Positions 60,203 to 64,000 of a stretch of DNA of 64,000 bases are shown piece after piece; position 1 is the stretch's first letter; each line of letters starts with the position of its first letter. The notes under the pieces are model-generated. The model had not been told where the DNA came from. It did not search any database and worked only from the letters and a program-made list of their open reading frames with translations. This stretch comes from Gammaproteobacteria bacterium (GTDB taxonomy: Bacteria > Pseudomonadota > Gammaproteobacteria > UBA4575): NCBI GenBank assembly GCA_965222615.1, contig CBDCUI010000009.1, positions 1,024,001 to 1,088,000 of the forward strand, read 5' to 3'. Both the position numbers and the translations under genes were made by a program.

Positions 60203-63200
60203 TTACTTTTCAGGTGAAGGTATTTGAAAAAATGTGGCATAAAAAACCGGGACTAAAATCATAGTAAGGATTGTACCGAAAGTTAGGCCACCCATGATTG
60301 TCACCGCTAATCCTATCCAAAATACATCTTGAATTAAGGGAATAACGCCGAGAACAGTTGTTGCTGCTGCTAGCACAACAGGACGAAGGCGAGATAGAGC
60401 AGCTTGTATTACTGCTTTATATCGATCCATGCCTTCCTCAAGATACAAGTTAACTTGATCGAGAAGTACAACGGCATTTTTAATCATCATCCCCGATAAA
60501 CTCATGGCACCAAGTAGTGCCACAAACCCAAATGCTGCGCCAGTACTTAATAACCCAATTGTCATTCCAATTACAACGAAAGGAATAATTAAAAATATTA
60601 TAATTGGAGGTCGAAAGGCATTAAACAAAGCAACTACAATGAATAGCATTACCGCAACTGCAGGGATGACTCCGGGAATGAGTGAAGCCTGCGCATCTCT
60701 AGAGTCTTCTAACTCCCCTCCCCATTCGATTTTATAGCCTTTAGGTATTTCTATAGCTTCGATTTCCCCTTTAACACTAGACATCAAGTTTTGCAAAGTA
60801 GCACCATGAATAGGGTTGGCTTGAACAGTTATCGTTCGACGTCGATCTCTACGCCAAATAACAGGGTCTTCCCATTTCGTAATGACATTATCCGTTACTT
60901 GCGACAGAGGAATCGTTTGCACTGAATTAGAGGGCTGCACTTGTAGTACATCTATACCACCAACATTTTCCCTATCTTCTTCTACATGTCTTAGCACTAT
61001 GGGAATTAAATCGTCATCTTCACGATATAAACCAACCGTACGACCGTCAAACGCACGTTTCGTGGCGCGCGCAATATCTTCACGCCATATTCCTGACCAC
61101 CGACCACGTTGTTCATTGTATTCGGGAACAATTTTTTGAATGCGTTGGCGCCAGTCAGTTTGATGCAAACCGCCAAATGGTGCTTCTTCAATTATTTGTT
61201 CAACTTGATTGGCTATCTGTCTTAACTTGTCGGGTGATGCATTACTCGGTCCACTAATGCGCAACTCAAATCTCCAAGTATTACTAGGCCCAACACCAAA
61301 TTTCCGCACTGGCATAATTGCTTCAGGATATTCTGACGCCAAGTATGAGTCATATTCTTTAACTAGGTCATTAATGTCCTTGAAGTCATTTACGTTAACG
61401 ATTATTTGACCATAAGATGAATTGGGCTGTTCGGAGTCAACCGGCAAATAAAACCGTGGCGGGCCTGCACCGACAAAGGTTGAAACAGCTGCTACACGTT
61501 CATCTTTAAGAAGTTTCGCTTCTATTTCCTTAAGATCGCTAGAAGTTTGTTCAATTCTAGTGCCGGCAGGTGCCCAATAATCGACTATAAATTTTTCCAT
61601 AGAAGAGTCTGGGAAAAATAGTTGTTTGACGTTCCCGAATCCAATAAAAGCAATAATCAATAAAGCAATCATGCTCAAAATGGTTAACAACCGATAGCGT
61701 ATTGCTAACTCTAAAATGCTTTTAAACTTTACAAACAATCCACTAGCATATGGATCAGTAGAACCTTGACCATGTTTAGGTGCAGGTAACATGTCTATAC
61801 ATTGTAAGGGAGTCAACGTTACAGAAATTATCCAGCTTACTAGTAGTGATATAGCAACTACCGTAAAAAGCGTTCGACAATACTCGCCAGCACTTTCTAC
61901 TGAAGCAAATATTGGGTAGAACGCCATTACGGCAACCACTGTTGCACCTAATAAAGGCATTGCAGGTTGTGCTGCCGCCTCAATGGCTGCCTGTACTCGA
62001 TCCATACCTTTTTGCAAACGCACTACAAACCCATCGGCGACCACTATGGCATTATCTACCATCATGCCAAGCGCGATAATAAGTGCGCCAAGTGACATAC
62101 GTTGCAAATCGATACCAAGTATTGCCATCAATACGAAGCTTGCAAGTATCGTAGCGACCAATGCAGTACCGATAATAAATGCTAAACGCCAACCCATACC
62201 AATAGTTAACACAATAATTACAATTGCAACGGCCTCAAGAAAGTTTATTAAAAAACCGTTGACGGCTTCGGCAACTACATCCCCTTGCCAATGAACGTGA
62301 TTAATTTCAATTCCAATTGGTAATTGTGTAATCAACTCTTGTAAACGGGCATTTACGGCATTCCCCATTTCAACCACATTTACCCCAGGCATATTACTAA
62401 TTGCTAAACCTATCGCAGGTTCACCGTTAAATCGCATTTTATTTAAAGGTGGATCTCGATAACCTCGACGAACTGTACCGATGTCTTGAATTCGAATTAA
62501 TTCTGTAGACTGTTCGAGTAAATTGCTTGTAGATGAGTTTTGTATCGACTCAGTAAGCGAAGGTTGAATAATTAAGTCTGCAATATCCTCGGGAGACTGA
62601 AATTCTCCAGTTGGCGCAATGCGTAACCTTCTATTTTGAACATTTACATAGCCTGCATCTACAACTGCGTTTTGTAAACGCAAAGTATTTTCTAAGCTTG
62701 TGTCACTAATCCCAAGTGCTGAAAGCTGAGTTTCCGATGCATCAAGATATATAACTTTTTCTTGCACTCCCCATAAATCAACGCGTGCAACGCCTTTAAC
62801 TAGGCTTAGTTCTTTCTTAAGCTCTTTTGCATATTTTTCAATCTCTGCATAACTGAACCCATCACCAACAATTGCAATAAAATGTCCAAAGACATCACCA
62901 AAATCATCATTGACAACTGGTTTTTCAGCGCCAGGAGGCAAATAGACTTCTGTATCACTAACTTTTCTACGCAGTTCATCCCAAACTTGCGGAAGTCTAT
63001 CTGCCCAGTATTGTTCCTGAACATTTACCTTAATAATAGAACGACCCGCACTTGAATTTGATTCTAGAAATTCAACTTGCTCAAGTTGTTGAATGGCGAG
63101 TTCAAGCCTATCCGTAACTTCTTCCTCAACCTCTTCTGGGCTTGCGCCAGGATATAAGGTGGTTACTACTGCAGTTTTAATTGAAAAATCTGGATCTTCT

Positions 63201-63304
63201 AACTGACCCAGTCTAAAAAAGCTGGTAATTCCAGCTAATACGATGAGAAATGAGGCGAAATAAGTAACCGCTTTATTTTTTACTGCGACTTGAGCGAGTA
63301 TCAC
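60203..63304 (-). CDS. RND efflux transporter permease subunit (AcrB/AcrD/AcrF family)
   Basis: LGQLEDP, YPGASP.EVE, LGMMVDNAIVV, RLRPVVL; 1033 aa. Confidence 0.96.
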   Translation of the reverse strand: MILAQVAVKNKAVTYFASFLIVLAGITSFFRLGQLEDPDFSIKTAVVTTLYPGASPEEVEEEVTDRLELAIQQLEQVEFLESNSSAGRSIIKVNVQEQYWADRLPQVWDELRRKVSDTEVYLPPGAEKPVVNDDFGDVFGHFIAIVGDGFSYAEIEKYAKELKKELSLVKGVARVDLWGVQEKVIYLDASETQLSALGISDTSLENTLRLQNAVVDAGYVNVQNRRLRIAPTGEFQSPEDIADLIIQPSLTESIQNSSTSNLLEQSTELIRIQDIGTVRRGYRDPPLNKMRFNGEPAIGLAISNMPGVNVVEMGNAVNARLQELITQLPIGIEINHVHWQGDVVAEAVNGFLINFLEAVAIVIIVLTIGMGWRLAFIIGTALVATILASFVLMAILGIDLQRMSLGALIIALGMMVDNAIVVADGFVVRLQKGMDRVQAAIEAAAQPAMPLLGATVVAVMAFYPIFASVESAGEYCRTLFTVVAISLLVSWIISVTLTPLQCIDMLPAPKHGQGSTDPYASGLFVKFKSILELAIRYRLLTILSMIALLIIAFIGFGNVKQLFFPDSSMEKFIVDYWAPAGTRIEQTSSDLKEIEAKLLKDERVAAVSTFVGAGPPRFYLPVDSEQPNSSYGQIIVNVNDFKDINDLVKEYDSYLASEYPEAIMPVRKFGVGPSNTWRFELRISGPSNASPDKLRQIANQVEQIIEEAPFGGLHQTDWRQRIQKIVPEYNEQRGRWSGIWREDIARATKRAFDGRTVGLYREDDDLIPIVLRHVEEDRENVGGIDVLQVQPSNSVQTIPLSQVTDNVITKWEDPVIWRRDRRRTITVQANPIHGATLQNLMSSVKGEIEAIEIPKGYKIEWGGELEDSRDAQASLIPGVIPAVAVMLFIVVALFNAFRPPIIIFLIIPFVVIGMTIGLLSTGAAFGFVALLGAMSLSGMMIKNAVVLLDQVNLYLEEGMDRYKAVIQAALSRLRPVVLAAATTVLGVIPLIQDVFWIGLAVTIMGGLTFGTILTMILVPVFYATFFQIPSPEK

Positions 63305-63318
63305 AACTTTTCAGTCCT

Positions 63319-64000
63319 TTATTTTTCAAGTATTTTGACTTTTTGATTTTCACTTAAATAATTTACGCCCGCCGTTGCAATCCATTCACCTGGTGTCAGC
63401 CCTTTAGTCACTCTTATACCGTGATCAGTCAAAGCACCTGTGGTAATTTCTCTACGGTTAACAATATTTGCATTCGTATCTATCACCCAAACATAGGTTT
63501 TGTCTGATTCGCCTGTGGAAAATGTTGCGCTGATTGGAATCTCTACACCTTCTTGTCCCACTTCTTGAAGAATTTCGGGAGAAGTCATTTCTGCACGGAC
63601 AGTTTTTCCTGCCATTCCAGGTAGAATCCTAATGTCAGTAGGCTGATCCATAATTAATGTGACGGGATACGTGCGCGTAGCAGTTGATGCCTCGGTACCA
63701 ATTTCTTTTACAGTTGCTTCAAGCTCATGGTCTGGAAATGTATCAAATATGACATACACTTTTTCTACATGGGGCGCGTATGAAATCAAGTTTTCCGGAA
63801 CATTCACAACCATTTCAATTCTTGTATCATCAAGTATTCTAAGTATGGCTTGTTTGGCATTAACGTCTTCAAAATTTTCTACATAAGTTGATACAACCAC
63901 TCCATCAAATGGAGCTTTTAGAAAAGAATACTCTAATTGGTTTTGCGCTGAAGTTAGCGAGGCTTGTAAAGATTTAATATTTGCAGTAGCACGATCACGT
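63319..64000 (-). CDS. RND periplasmic adaptor (MFP), C-terminal part; start lies outside the window
   Basis: Frame open to the edge: QLEYSFLKAPFDGVV, TRTYPVT, ILPGMAG, GL..GE.I.TAG. Confidence 0.9.
   Translation of the reverse strand, partial: RDRATANIKSLQASLTSAQNQLEYSFLKAPFDGVVVSTYVENFEDVNAKQAILRILDDTRIEMVVNVPENLISYAPHVEKVYVIFDTFPDHELEATVKEIGTEASTATRTYPVTLIMDQPTDIRILPGMAGKTVRAEMTSPEILQEVGQEGVEIPISATFSTGESDKTYVWVIDTNANIVNRREITTGALTDHGIRVTKGLTPGEWIATAGVNYLSENQKVKILEK

Overview
AT-rich chromosomal window, most likely from a Gammaproteobacterium (inferred from the hemA-prfA-prmC, TPR-lolB-ispE-tRNA-Gln and prs-rplY-pth-ychF-tRNA-Met blocks and Aer2-type chemoreceptors). Core genes (nadC, mazG, GTP-type PEPCK, ndh, RND pump) alternate with accessory modules: a c-di-GMP cluster (RHH protein, PAS-GGDEF-EAL, DUF484-GGDEF, and a c-di-GMP-I riboswitch ahead of a pilin-like gene), an inverse autotransporter with a beta-helix passenger, a bufferin-type MNIO (DUF2282/DUF692/DUF2063) RiPP operon with ECF sigma/anti-sigma, and a RegB/RegA pair facing a His/Met-rich outer-membrane protein. 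A ~19.5 kb block splits the usual tRNA-Gln-prs junction and carries a sigma28-driven chemosensory operon. The most unusual signal lies just after ychF: two extra copies of its last 9 codons (VVHFRFNV*), each with different synonymous codons and each preceded by a related 24-25 nt motif, form a 51-52 bp-period array resembling stacked minimal attachment sites. Other candidates are a CsrA/RsmA-sponge sRNA with matching target leaders, a small RHH protein ending in a beta-clamp-like motif, and an Aer2-like receptor that appears to have lost its heme-b His and gained a periplasmic heme-c domain. All calls are by eye from sequence and recalled family motifs; no searches were run.
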